From NCBI GenBank assembly GCA_965243485.1, contig CBDEVP010000001.1, positions 5,121,835-5,185,834 on the forward strand: a DNA stretch of 64,000 bases, written 5' to 3'. Below are positions 55,807 to 64,000 of this stretch, in pieces. The DNA is from Cyclobacteriaceae bacterium. Its GTDB lineage: Bacteria > Bacteroidota > Bacteroidia > Cytophagales > Cyclobacteriaceae. The number at the start of each line of letters is the position of its first letter. The stretch's first letter is position 1. A program made the position numbers and the translations under genes. The notes beneath the pieces are model-generated. The model was not told the origin of the DNA. It did no database searches and saw nothing but the letters and a program-made list of their open reading frames with translations.

Positions 55807-56742
55807 ATGAATAAAAATATTAAACTCATCGCCGCTCCTTACACGCCTTTTGACGATAGAGGAGTGCTGAATCCGGATGCCATCCCAGGTTATGCCACGT
55901 ATTTGAAGGAGGCCGGAATCCAGGGTGTTTTCGTCAATGGAACTACAGGTGAGGGAGCTTCCATGAGCCCCGGGGAGCGGATGAAAGCTGCTGAGGCCTG
56001 GTGCAACGAAAAAGATGGTTCTTTCCGGGTGCTTGTGCATGTAGGAGACAATAATATCAATGTCTGTAAACAACTTGCCAGCCATGCTGAATCCATTGAG
56101 GCCGATGCCATCGGTCTCATCGCCCCAAACTATTTCAAGCCGGAAAATCTGGATGCCCTGGTGAGATTTAATCAGGAAGTAGCTTCAGCCGCCCCAGCGC
56201 TTCCTTACTATTATTACCACATGCCTGACATGACTGGGGTGAATTTTCCAATGATCAATTTCCTTGAAAAAGCAGGTCCTCTCATTCCGAGTCTTGCTGG
56301 TATCAAGTTTACTCATAGTGACCTGATGGATTTTTGCCAGTGTCTTGATCACGGAAATGGTAAATTTGAAATATACCATGGGCGCGATGAAATTTTGCTG
56401 GGTGGGCTTGCACTGGGTGCAAAAGGAGCGATAGGCAGCACGTATAATTATATCGGTCCACTGTACAATCAACTGGTCGGGGAATTTATGGAGGGGGATT
56501 TGACCAAGGCGAAAACCCTTCAGCTCGAGGCCATAAAAATCGTGAAAATCCTCATTAAGTATGGTGGGGCCGTCAAAGCAGGGAAAGCCATCATGCGTGC
56601 CATCGGCTTTGATTTCGGTCAACCGCGATTACCGGTAGTCGGGTACAGTCCGGAACTGGAGAAAATGCTGGTGAGTGAACTGAGGAAAACAGCTTTTTTT
56701 GAATACTGTGGAAGAGAACTACCTGCTTCTCATCTTCAATAA
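55807..56742 (+). CDS. nanA: N-acetylneuraminate lyase (NanA-type class I aldolase)
   Basis: 311 aa. GTTGEG motif (VFVNGTTGEGASMS), Tyr block YYYHMP and the Schiff-base Lys context LAGIKFTHSDL. Sits directly downstream of the sialic-acid-type transporter fusion. Confidence 0.75.
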   Translation: MNKNIKLIAAPYTPFDDRGVLNPDAIPGYATYLKEAGIQGVFVNGTTGEGASMSPGERMKAAEAWCNEKDGSFRVLVHVGDNNINVCKQLASHAESIEADAIGLIAPNYFKPENLDALVRFNQEVASAAPALPYYYYHMPDMTGVNFPMINFLEKAGPLIPSLAGIKFTHSDLMDFCQCLDHGNGKFEIYHGRDEILLGGLALGAKGAIGSTYNYIGPLYNQLVGEFMEGDLTKAKTLQLEAIKIVKILIKYGGAVKAGKAIMRAIGFDFGQPRLPVVGYSPELEKMLVSELRKTAFFEYCGRELPASHLQ

Positions 56743-57645
56743 ACCCCGAAAATACAGCCACATCATTTTCATTTCGGCTCCTCCCTTTCGGCTGATTTCC
56801 ATGGCATCCCAAAGCTCATCTGGTACCTGGTCAAGTTGATTGAATTCACCCGCGCCCTTCAGCCATTCACCACCATCGATCGTAATGACTTCACCGTTGA
56901 CATAGGCAGAGTAATCCGATACCAAATAAGCTGCCAGGTTTGCCAGCTCCTGGTGCTCCCCCACCCTGCCGACGGGTACTTTGATGGCCGGGTCAAATTT
57001 CTTTTTCAGATCGCCTGGAAGAAGCCTGTCCCAGGCTCCTTTCGTTGGGAAAGGTCCGGGTGCAATGGCATTGCAACGAATGCCATATTTAGCCCATTCC
57101 ACAGCCAGTGAACGAGTCATAGCAAGCACACCAGCTTTAGCGCTGGCAGAAGGCACCACATAGCCCGATCCGGTCCAGGCATAGGTGGTCACAATGCTCA
57201 GTATGTTTCCAGACTGTCCTTTTTCAATCCATTGCTTTCCCATGGCCAGGGTGCAATTGTATGAACCTTTCAATACAATGTCCACTATGGTATCGAAGGC
57301 CCGATGAGAAAGTCTTTCTGTGGGGCTGATGAAGTTACCTGCTGCATTGTTAAGCAATACATCTACTCCTCCAAACTCTTCAATAGATTTGGAAATCAAC
57401 TGTTCGACCTGCTCATATTCCCGCACATCACATTCCAGCGGAAGTACAGGATTGCCTGTTTTAGTTGAAATCTCCTTAGCAGCTTCCTCCAGAACATCAA
57501 GTTTACGACTTGTGATGATCAGATTAGCACCCAGTTGAGAAAAGTAGGTACCCATTGATTTTCCCAGGCCTGTACCGCCTCCGGTTATGAGAATGGTCTT
57601 GCCTTTTAGCGATCCCTCCTTGAGCATGCCGTCTGAATAGGTCAT
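56719..57645 (-). CDS. short-chain dehydrogenase/reductase, 2,4-dienoyl-CoA reductase-like
   Basis: 308 aa. Cofactor motif ITGGGTGLGKSM and DECR-type SASAKAGVLAMTRSLAVEW in place of the classical YxxxK. Its 3' end overlaps the convergent nanA by 24 nt. Confidence 0.75.
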   Translation of the reverse strand: MTYSDGMLKEGSLKGKTILITGGGTGLGKSMGTYFSQLGANLIITSRKLDVLEEAAKEISTKTGNPVLPLECDVREYEQVEQLISKSIEEFGGVDVLLNNAAGNFISPTERLSHRAFDTIVDIVLKGSYNCTLAMGKQWIEKGQSGNILSIVTTYAWTGSGYVVPSASAKAGVLAMTRSLAVEWAKYGIRCNAIAPGPFPTKGAWDRLLPGDLKKKFDPAIKVPVGRVGEHQELANLAAYLVSDYSAYVNGEVITIDGGEWLKGAGEFNQLDQVPDELWDAMEISRKGGAEMKMMWLYFRGLLKMRSR

Positions 57646-57751
57646 GATTACTATTTTATTTAATAAAGCTAAATAATTTCTGAAGGCCCATAGATACTAA
57701 ATATCGAATGTTGAGAAGGAATTGTCCTGTCAAAAATCAAATCGAAATATT

Positions 57752-57807
57752 CTTTGTGTCTTTGTGGCATTAAGAATTGCGCGCCACCAAGGCACCAAGA
57801 CACAAAG
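57752..57807 (-). terminator. candidate rho-independent terminator after the yeeE/yedE pair
   Basis: 11-bp perfect stem ctttgtgtctt (57752-57762) / aagacacaaag (57797-57807), plus an inner 5-bp stem gtggc/gccac. The minus strand continues AATATTTCGATTTGATTTTTG. Confidence 0.55.
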
Positions 57808-57866
57808 CTATTAGTATGATAACCTTGCATTGAATCGCAATAAATTCAACACCATAATGTAAATTT

Positions 57867-58280
57867 TTATTTGGGCAGTTTTCCATCCAGCAATCCGTAA
57901 ACAAAGGTGCCCAGGACCGCACTCAAAAGAACCACAATGAACATCAGAAACCCATTACCAATGAGAATATAAATTGGTCCGGGGCATGCACCGGTCATCG
58001 CCCAGCCACACCCAAAGATGGTTCCTCCGATCAATGGCGCCCACTTATTCTTCGCTTTCGGTTGAATGACGATCGGATGACCTTCAAAGTCTTTAATCTT
58101 AAATCTCTTGATCAGCTGAATCGCAACAATTCCGAGAACTACTGCTGACCCGATCACCCCGTACATGTGAAAGGATTCAAAACGGAACATTTCATAGATC
58201 CTGTACCAGGAGATGACCTCTGACTTGGTAAGGATGATACCAAAAATAAGTCCTGCAATTAAGAATTTGAGGTGCTTCAT
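57867..58280 (-). CDS. YeeE/YedE-type sulfur-compound transport membrane protein, small subunit
   Basis: 137 aa with 4 predicted TM segments. ATGA overlap with the upstream YeeE/YedE gene. Confidence 0.7.
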   Translation of the reverse strand: MKHLKFLIAGLIFGIILTKSEVISWYRIYEMFRFESFHMYGVIGSAVVLGIVAIQLIKRFKIKDFEGHPIVIQPKAKNKWAPLIGGTIFGCGWAMTGACPGPIYILIGNGFLMFIVVLLSAVLGTFVYGLLDGKLPK

Positions 58281-58834
58281 AGTAGTATTGGTAAGATAAT
58301 ATGAGTTACAAATAAGCCTCCAACAAAGAATCCCATCACTGCTATCAGGGATGGAAACTGTAGATTACTCAAACCGCTGATGGCATGTCCCGAGGTACAA
58401 CCGTCTGCATACCGCGTCCCAAAGCCAACCATAAATCCGCCGACCACCATAAAGACAAAGCCTTGCATCGTAAATAGATTTTCCCAGCTAAAGATGGAGA
58501 CCGGCACATACTCACCTCCTGGATTTAGAATGCCAGCCGCCATCAGAGATGCGGTTGTCTTACTGTTGAGATCTATGGCCTGTCCGGCGGTCATGTAATG
58601 AGAGGCGATGTACCCCCCAATCAATGCGCCAACAACAAAAAACAAATTCCAGACCTGCTCCTTCCAGTCAATTTTAAAAAACTCGCTGAACCTGGATGCA
58701 CCTCCAATGGTACACACGGTCCTTAATGTAGATGATATGCCAAAGCTTTTTCCATAATATAGCATGAGCACCATGATAAAGGTGATCAATGGCCCGCCAA
58801 CGTACCAGGGCCATGGGGATTTAATCCATTCCAT
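58277..58834 (-). CDS. YeeE/YedE family membrane protein
   Basis: 185 aa, polytopic. Hallmark YADGCTSGHAISGLS block with a conserved Cys. Confidence 0.75.
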   Translation of the reverse strand: MEWIKSPWPWYVGGPLITFIMVLMLYYGKSFGISSTLRTVCTIGGASRFSEFFKIDWKEQVWNLFFVVGALIGGYIASHYMTAGQAIDLNSKTTASLMAAGILNPGGEYVPVSIFSWENLFTMQGFVFMVVGGFMVGFGTRYADGCTSGHAISGLSNLQFPSLIAVMGFFVGGLFVTHIILPILL

Positions 58835-58959
58835 GTTAGTGTCTAAATTTTATGTGAATCTAATCGGACAATTTAGCAAAAGAAACAAAAATGGTCCTTG
58901 AAAGATTCGAGTCGTATCTGATGGTTCCCAAACTGCTCAATGAATATGAAAAATGTGAG

Positions 58960-59849
58960 CTAAGTTTGCTGAAAAATACGATCTCTGATTTGATACTTTT
59001 CACCCAGCATCCTGGTCCTGCTGTCAACTTTATTTCTATAGTTATATGGCAGATGATTACTCTTAAACAGCTCCTTATACTTCGGTAAAAGCTCCGGGAA
59101 ATGCTTCCCTATCGCTTTCATGACCAGAGTCTTACTGTCTGCATTTCCATTTCCAAATAAAGTAATGGTAGCTGGGAAAATATAATCAACCGAAACACCT
59201 GCAAACGTTTCAAATAATCCCTTCAACGATTCTTCGGTATCCGAAATGTAAGGCAACAATGGCATCAGGCTTACCCCCGCATAAAAGTCTGTTGATTTCA
59301 CTTCCTAAGCGCATCCAGCCTTGCCATTGAGATTGTGGCACCCAGCTCAAAAATCCTGGCGACAGCCTCATCCAGGGTAGAAAAAGAAAAGGTGATCAGG
59401 ACACCCCGATGAAGTTGCTTAAGATCTTCCGGCAATTGAGCCTGCTGATCGATCTGCTGCAGTAGATCAAAATCCCGGACTACCAGATCAGATTTTGTGA
59501 TAATATGGACAGGAAACCGGTATTTTAGAATGATCTCCAGAGCCTCTCTCGTCAATTGATATTGTTCCTCAGCTTTTAGATAGGGATCCGTGGCAGAAGA
59601 AATGACGATAAAACCGTAATCTCCTTTACGGGCTCTCAGGGCCAGTTGTTTATCCAGCAATTCAATGGCGTTGACTTTCACCGAAAGTGCCTCTTCCATG
59701 TGGATGCCGTATTTACTTCCACGGATATAGCAATACAAACAGTTAAATGAACAGGAGGAATAAGGATTGAAGGTGTTATCATCCAGAAACCAGGAATCCC
59801 GCTTCTTTTTTCTGTTTAGAACGGACCTGACCTTTATTTCTCTGGTCAA
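58960..59849 (-). pseudogene. radical SAM protein (SplB/Rv2578c-like) split by a single frameshift near 59298-59305
   Basis: ORF 59298-59849 carries CSFNCLYCY (CxxxCxxC). ORF 58960-59301 continues the same protein in another frame (..RLDALRK* / (GTG)KSTDFYAGVSLMPLLPYISD). One extra base at AGGAAGTG would fuse them. Confidence 0.6.
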
Positions 59850-59856
59850 TGCAAAC

Positions 59857-60519
59857 CTATTTTACAAGGTACGGAGCAATTACTTTTTGCCAGATCTTAT
59901 ATCCTTCTGCATTCATGTGCAGGTTATCATCCCTGAAAATGTGCGTAAAGACCATTCCGTTTTCATCCAGAGCCGGGTACCAGACGTCCACATATTCAGT
60001 GTTTTCTGTTTTGCAGGCATACATCTCAATGGCTTCATTGAGCTCCAGGTATTTGTCCCCCAGCTCCCATCGGGCCACGCTTGGTTTGGCCGCAATCAAA
60101 GCTACCTCAGCATCAGGAAGCTTCTTTTTGATGATCTTACGGATCTTTTTCACATCCTTCATGATGGTTTTTGTATCCTTGCCGCTGGCAATGTCATTGT
60201 CACCTTCATAGATAAAGATCTTGGCTGGCTCATAGGGAATGACAATCCTGTCCAGGTAATACAAGAGGTCTGAATATTGAGAGCCACCAAAACCTCGATT
60301 GATCACCTGATAACCGGGGAAATAATCGGCAATATCCTGCCAGATCCGAATAGATGAACTGCCGACAAACAGGTTGGCTCCTTCTGGTGGAAAATCGGCC
60401 TTGTCCTGTTCTTCATATTCTTTGATCTGATTTTCAAATCTTTCAGGACCCTTTTCCTGGGCATTTAAAATGGAAATTGAGAATAGTATCAGGATCGTAC
60501 ACTGAAGTAGGCGTTTCAT
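59857..60519 (-). CDS. SGNH/GDSL-type hydrolase (esterase), secreted
   Basis: 220 aa with a signal peptide. The four SGNH blocks are present: FVGSSSI, NRGFGGS, EGDND and DNLHMN. Confidence 0.75.
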   Translation of the reverse strand: MKRLLQCTILILFSISILNAQEKGPERFENQIKEYEEQDKADFPPEGANLFVGSSSIRIWQDIADYFPGYQVINRGFGGSQYSDLLYYLDRIVIPYEPAKIFIYEGDNDIASGKDTKTIMKDVKKIRKIIKKKLPDAEVALIAAKPSVARWELGDKYLELNEAIEMYACKTENTEYVDVWYPALDENGMVFTHIFRDDNLHMNAEGYKIWQKVIAPYLVK

Positions 60520-60549
60520 TTTTTATTGGGTTATTGAATTAACGAAGGT

Positions 60550-62748
60550 TCAATTTAAATTATTTGATCCTTCAGCGATCAATTTATCCTTCTTAATATC
60601 TTCTGAAACTGGTCGCTTATAAAAGAATATCTGATCTACAAAGACAGCGCCTCCCATTCCTTTCTGCCCATGCCACTCCGGCAATTTTTCTAGCGGATAA
60701 GCCATGATCTTATAGTATCGGTAAACGGAATTTACCAATTTGAAATTATGCATATGAGAGGTCCGGTTTTTGAACTTCTCCTGATCATACCGAAGGGATT
60801 CCCGGGCCAGTAACTTTAGATCTTCTTTGGTATTCCCCCCCCACAGTTCGACCTTACCCGGTACAGCTGCCCTGGTTCTTTGATCAATCCCGTAATTAAA
60901 TGCAATGGTCGACAAAACCGGCGGTTGCTCCCCCATATCTGCCAGCACACCAAAGGGTGTATGAAAAAATCCAATCCATGAGAAATAAGGCAGATCCCGG
61001 ATGTTTCCTACCTCATCATCAATAAGCGTCAGTTTGCCCTTTCCTTTGTAAATGCCCTCAGTAGGATATAAGAGCTCAATTTCTTTGGGGGACTCGCCTC
61101 GTTGAATAAGGTCAAACGTCACCGTATCACTGGGAACCCAGCCTTCCTTAAAAGCCATCGCTCTGATAGTGACATCCGAATCGTAATACAAAGGTTCTGA
61201 GAATATCCTCGAAGCACTATCGGGTTTGCTACCATCATCCGTAAAACGGATCTCCGCACCATTGATCTTGTGAGTCAAAACTACAGGATCCTCCTTTGTG
61301 ATAATCTTTTTGCCATTCTGTAACAAGGGCTCTGTAAGGGGCAGCTTTTCTGATTCGTCAGGTTCAAATCCTGATATCAAATTGACATTTTTAGCAGATA
61401 ACTGCTCAACGTCAGCCTCAGCAACCGCAGTATTCCACAAGAAGACTTCCTCCAGCGAGGCAATTTCGAGCTGCTCCAAACCGGTCCGGGTAATCCGGGT
61501 ACCGGAAAGTGACAGGGATCTTAGGTTTTCACATCGATTAAGTGTCGAAATACCCTCTCCTGTAATGTCGGTGAAATTAAGGATCAGCTCTTCGAGATTG
61601 TTGAAGCCGGACACGATCTCAAACACTTCATCTCCCAGCGGCAAATAGGACAGATCCAGGGTCACTACCTGCTCCCTGATCCTGTTCAGGTCAGTGAGAT
61701 ATTCCATCTTAAAGCTCTGTCTCCCAAAGATCTTCACATCGATCGCGGGAGAATTAGGCGCTTGCTGGACCACTGTCCGGTAGGGATTATTCATTTCAGC
61801 AATTACGTCCTCATCAGCAAAATCGAAATCATACTTAGGCTCATCAGATTTCATGCGATCATTCAAGATTCGTTGAGCCAGGAGGTATAAGGTGTCCTTT
61901 TTATTCAGCTGAGCCAGGGTGACACTTTCATCGGCTCCACTTTTGATCCATTCACTGATCAGCTGCAACTCGATCTCACTCAACTGAGGCTTGCCTTTTG
62001 GTGGCATATGCTTTTTGTGGTCCAGAGGCAACATGGCCCTGGTAATGATATGGCTGGAGTCGGTATTGCCTGCAATCCACACAGGTCCGTTTTTTCCTCC
62101 TTCATGTATTTTTTCCAGTGATGAAAGATCCAGATCGCCTTTATGTTTCTCGGCATTGTGACAATTGATACATTTCGACTCGAGCACCGGCATGATCATA
62201 GAGCTGACCACCGGCTCCTGCTCATCAATCTCTTTCACATCCTGGGCAAAAATGGGTTCTGTGAGAAAGTTGATACCATGCGTTAACCCTGCCCCAAAAT
62301 GACCGGCGATCACAATCCCTACAAAACTGATGTACAAAGTCATCCGATATACCTGTTTCTTCAGTTCTACCAGGATCAATATATACATCAGGTAGCTCAC
62401 ACCCACCCCGATCCATTTATGGATGGTCATCACGTCTGAGGTATATCCTTCTTCCTTAGACAGAAAAAAGCCCATCACGGCTGTGAGCGCGGTAGTCAGA
62501 CCGGTTAGAAGCAGTAAAAACTTATTGACCTTGTTAAAAGCGTCCTCCGGCAATTGGGTTTTAAACAGGTTGGCCAGTACCAGTAAAAAGATAAACCCAA
62601 TCGGAAAATGTAAGATCATCGGATGCATCCTGCCGATAGGCTGCAGCCATAAAGGGATCACCACCTGATCTTCAAAGATCAGTAGGATGGTCAACAGACA
62701 TAACAGCGCAAAAATGCTGTTGGATACGATCTTTTCCAGTCTTTCCAT
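60550..62748 (-). CDS. membrane-anchored planctomycete-type cytochrome c (PSCyt) domain protein with LRR and beta-sandwich domains
   Basis: 732 aa with about 5 N-terminal TM helices. Heme motif CINCHNAEKHKGDLDL followed by HMPPKGKPQLSEIELQLISEWIKSG. It also has an LRR-like stretch (LEELILNFTDITG..LRSLSLSGTRIT) and a CHB_HEX_C-like block (AEIRFTDDGSKPDSAS). Confidence 0.6.
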   Translation of the reverse strand: MERLEKIVSNSIFALLCLLTILLIFEDQVVIPLWLQPIGRMHPMILHFPIGFIFLLVLANLFKTQLPEDAFNKVNKFLLLLTGLTTALTAVMGFFLSKEEGYTSDVMTIHKWIGVGVSYLMYILILVELKKQVYRMTLYISFVGIVIAGHFGAGLTHGINFLTEPIFAQDVKEIDEQEPVVSSMIMPVLESKCINCHNAEKHKGDLDLSSLEKIHEGGKNGPVWIAGNTDSSHIITRAMLPLDHKKHMPPKGKPQLSEIELQLISEWIKSGADESVTLAQLNKKDTLYLLAQRILNDRMKSDEPKYDFDFADEDVIAEMNNPYRTVVQQAPNSPAIDVKIFGRQSFKMEYLTDLNRIREQVVTLDLSYLPLGDEVFEIVSGFNNLEELILNFTDITGEGISTLNRCENLRSLSLSGTRITRTGLEQLEIASLEEVFLWNTAVAEADVEQLSAKNVNLISGFEPDESEKLPLTEPLLQNGKKIITKEDPVVLTHKINGAEIRFTDDGSKPDSASRIFSEPLYYDSDVTIRAMAFKEGWVPSDTVTFDLIQRGESPKEIELLYPTEGIYKGKGKLTLIDDEVGNIRDLPYFSWIGFFHTPFGVLADMGEQPPVLSTIAFNYGIDQRTRAAVPGKVELWGGNTKEDLKLLARESLRYDQEKFKNRTSHMHNFKLVNSVYRYYKIMAYPLEKLPEWHGQKGMGGAVFVDQIFFYKRPVSEDIKKDKLIAEGSNNLN

Positions 62749-64000
62749 TTATGCCATGATACCGGGTACCAGTTTCCCGTGAACGTCTGTGAGCCTGAAT
62801 CTGCGACCCAGATATTTGTAAGTAAGCCGTTCATGATCGAGCCCCATCAGATGCAGGATGGTAGCATGCAGGTCATGAATATGCACAGGATCTTTTACAA
62901 TGTTATAGCCAAACTCATCGGTTTCCCCGTAGGAGATACCTGCTTTTACCCCTCCACCGGCCATCCACATGCTGTAGCACTTAGGATGATGGTCGCGACC
63001 ATAATTCTCTTTCGTTAACCGGCCCTGACAGTAATTGGTACGGCCAAATTCACCACCCCAGATCACCAGGGTCTCATCAAGCAGACCTCTTTGTTTCAGG
63101 TCTGTGACCAGTGCAGCAGATGCACGGTCCACATCCCGGGCCTGCATCGGCATTTCATTTACCAGGTTGCCGTGCTGGTCCCACCCCTGGTGATACAACT
63201 GGACAAACCGTACGCCGGACTCAGAAAGTTTCCTTGCCAGCAGGCAGTTGGAAGCATAAGTTCCCGGCACCATACAATCCGATCCGTACATCTTGATGAT
63301 GTGATCAGGCTCTTTGGAAGTATCGGTGATCTCCGGGACAGCCGTCTGCATCCTGTAGGCCATCTCATATTGCTTGATCTTGGTATGTATCTCAGGATCA
63401 CCAAACTCCTGGTAGCTCATCTCATTGAGTGAAGCCAGGTTATCCAGCATCTTCCTCCGGTCATCCATGTTCATGCCCTCAGGGTTATTCAGATACAGGA
63501 TCGGATCTTCGCTGGCGCTAAACTGGACACCCTGGTGCACGCTATCCAGAAATCCGTTGGTCCAGAGCTTGGAATAAACGCCCTGGCCATTTCCTTTTCC
63601 TTTGGAGAGGAGGACGCAAAAGGCCGGCAAATTCTTATTTTCACTTCCTAACCCATAACTCAGCCAGGCACCCATACTCGGACGATTGCCCACCTGGGCA
63701 CCGGTCTGGAAAAATGTGAGGGCCGGGTCGTGATTGATCGCTTCAGTATGAATGGTCTTGATCACGCAGATGTCATCTGCGATTTTGGCAATGTTTGGAA
63801 AAATGTCACTGACCCAGGTTCCGTTTTCCCCATATTGTTTAAAGCCAAATTGAGATCCTACCAGCGGAAATCGCTCCTGGTTGGCGGTCATACCCGTCAG
63901 ACGCTGACCACCCCGGACAGATTCCGGCAGGTCCTGATCATACATTTCATTCAGCAAAGGCTTGTAGTCAAAGCTCTCGAGCTGAGATGGGGCTCCGTTC
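62749..64000 (-). CDS. DUF1501 (sulfatase-fold) protein; N-terminus lies beyond the right edge
   Basis: The ORF-track start at 63957 is TTG. The frame stays open to 64000 (NGAPSQLESFDYKPLLNEM, the typical DUF1501 N-block). C-terminal hallmarks GRDHHPKCYSMWMAGGG and GRRFRLTDVHG. Its stop directly abuts the start of the PSCyt gene. Confidence 0.8.
   Translation of the reverse strand, partial: NGAPSQLESFDYKPLLNEMYDQDLPESVRGGQRLTGMTANQERFPLVGSQFGFKQYGENGTWVSDIFPNIAKIADDICVIKTIHTEAINHDPALTFFQTGAQVGNRPSMGAWLSYGLGSENKNLPAFCVLLSKGKGNGQGVYSKLWTNGFLDSVHQGVQFSASEDPILYLNNPEGMNMDDRRKMLDNLASLNEMSYQEFGDPEIHTKIKQYEMAYRMQTAVPEITDTSKEPDHIIKMYGSDCMVPGTYASNCLLARKLSESGVRFVQLYHQGWDQHGNLVNEMPMQARDVDRASAALVTDLKQRGLLDETLVIWGGEFGRTNYCQGRLTKENYGRDHHPKCYSMWMAGGGVKAGISYGETDEFGYNIVKDPVHIHDLHATILHLMGLDHERLTYKYLGRRFRLTDVHGKLVPGIMA

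Noticed and set aside
57867-58834. The YeeE/YedE pair as an exporter for sulfate or sulfite released by the sulfatases.
   Set aside because: There is no operon linkage: a terminator and an SDR gene lie between them and the PUL. The sulfatases are extracytoplasmic lipoproteins, so the released sulfate would not need export. The link is pure speculation.
58960-59849. The radical SAM gene as the missing anaerobic sulfatase-maturating enzyme.
   Set aside because: Its N-terminal context (VLNRKKKRDSWFLDDNTFNPYSSCSFNCLYCY) and its length of about 300 aa fit SplB/Rv2578c-like proteins. I saw no Cys-rich SPASM region. The gene is frameshifted and sits outside the PUL.
59857-60519. The SGNH esterase as a sialate O-acetylesterase (NanS-like) belonging to the sialic acid locus.
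   Set aside because: Only the generic SGNH blocks are visible. It is separated from the PUL by unrelated SDR, YeeE and radical SAM genes. The function cannot be supported from sequence alone.
1-64000. A search for mobile elements, CRISPR arrays, tRNA/rRNA genes, and toxin-antitoxin or phage-defence genes.
   Set aside because: All intergenic gaps are at most about 285 bp and AT-rich, with no repeat-spacer periodicity or cloverleaf-like sequence. No transposase, integrase, nuclease, ATPase or methyltransferase-type ORFs were recognised. The paralogous modules differ too much to be recent IS-mediated duplications.

Overview
The window is almost entirely coding, with about 47 genes. I saw no rRNA, tRNA, CRISPR array, IS element or integrase. 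It reads as a Bacteroidota chromosome segment: three SusC/SusD pairs, two ECF-sigma/FecR pairs, GntR and AraC regulators, lipoprotein-type signal peptides on nearly all exported enzymes, and TAnnTTTG-like promoter boxes.

Positions 1 to about 56.7 kb form one composite polysaccharide-utilisation super-locus with four components:
- Sialic/ulosonic-acid machinery: a GH33 sialidase with FRIP motif and Asp-boxes, a second BNR propeller protein, a YhcH/NanQ-like protein, two NanM-like Kelch propeller::SSS transporter fusions, a NanA-type lyase and a second DapA/NanA-family paralog.
- Six formylglycine-type S1 sulfatases, all lipoproteins.
- An atypical glycoside hydrolase set: GH27-like, GH36-like, GH78-like, DUF1680/GH127-like and an exported WbsX-like protein.
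- Cytoplasmic enzymes with no obvious role in canonical sialic acid catabolism: two PhyH-type Fe(II)/2OG dioxygenases, two paralogous xylose-isomerase-like TIM barrels and an FAD oxidoreductase.

The most notable points:
- The propeller::transporter fusions.
- The dioxygenase/TIM-barrel cassettes.
- A conserved palindrome-plus-promoter unit that predicts a GntR regulon.
- Tandem duplicated ECF/anti-sigma/SusC/SusD modules.

The right-hand 7 kb hold unrelated genes: a DECR-like SDR, a split YeeE/YedE pair, a frameshifted radical SAM gene, an SGNH esterase, and a DUF1501 gene (which runs off the window's right edge) abutting a membrane PSCyt/LRR protein.

All family calls come from motifs I recognised by eye. 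No database search or computation was run, so the substrate and novelty statements are hypotheses.
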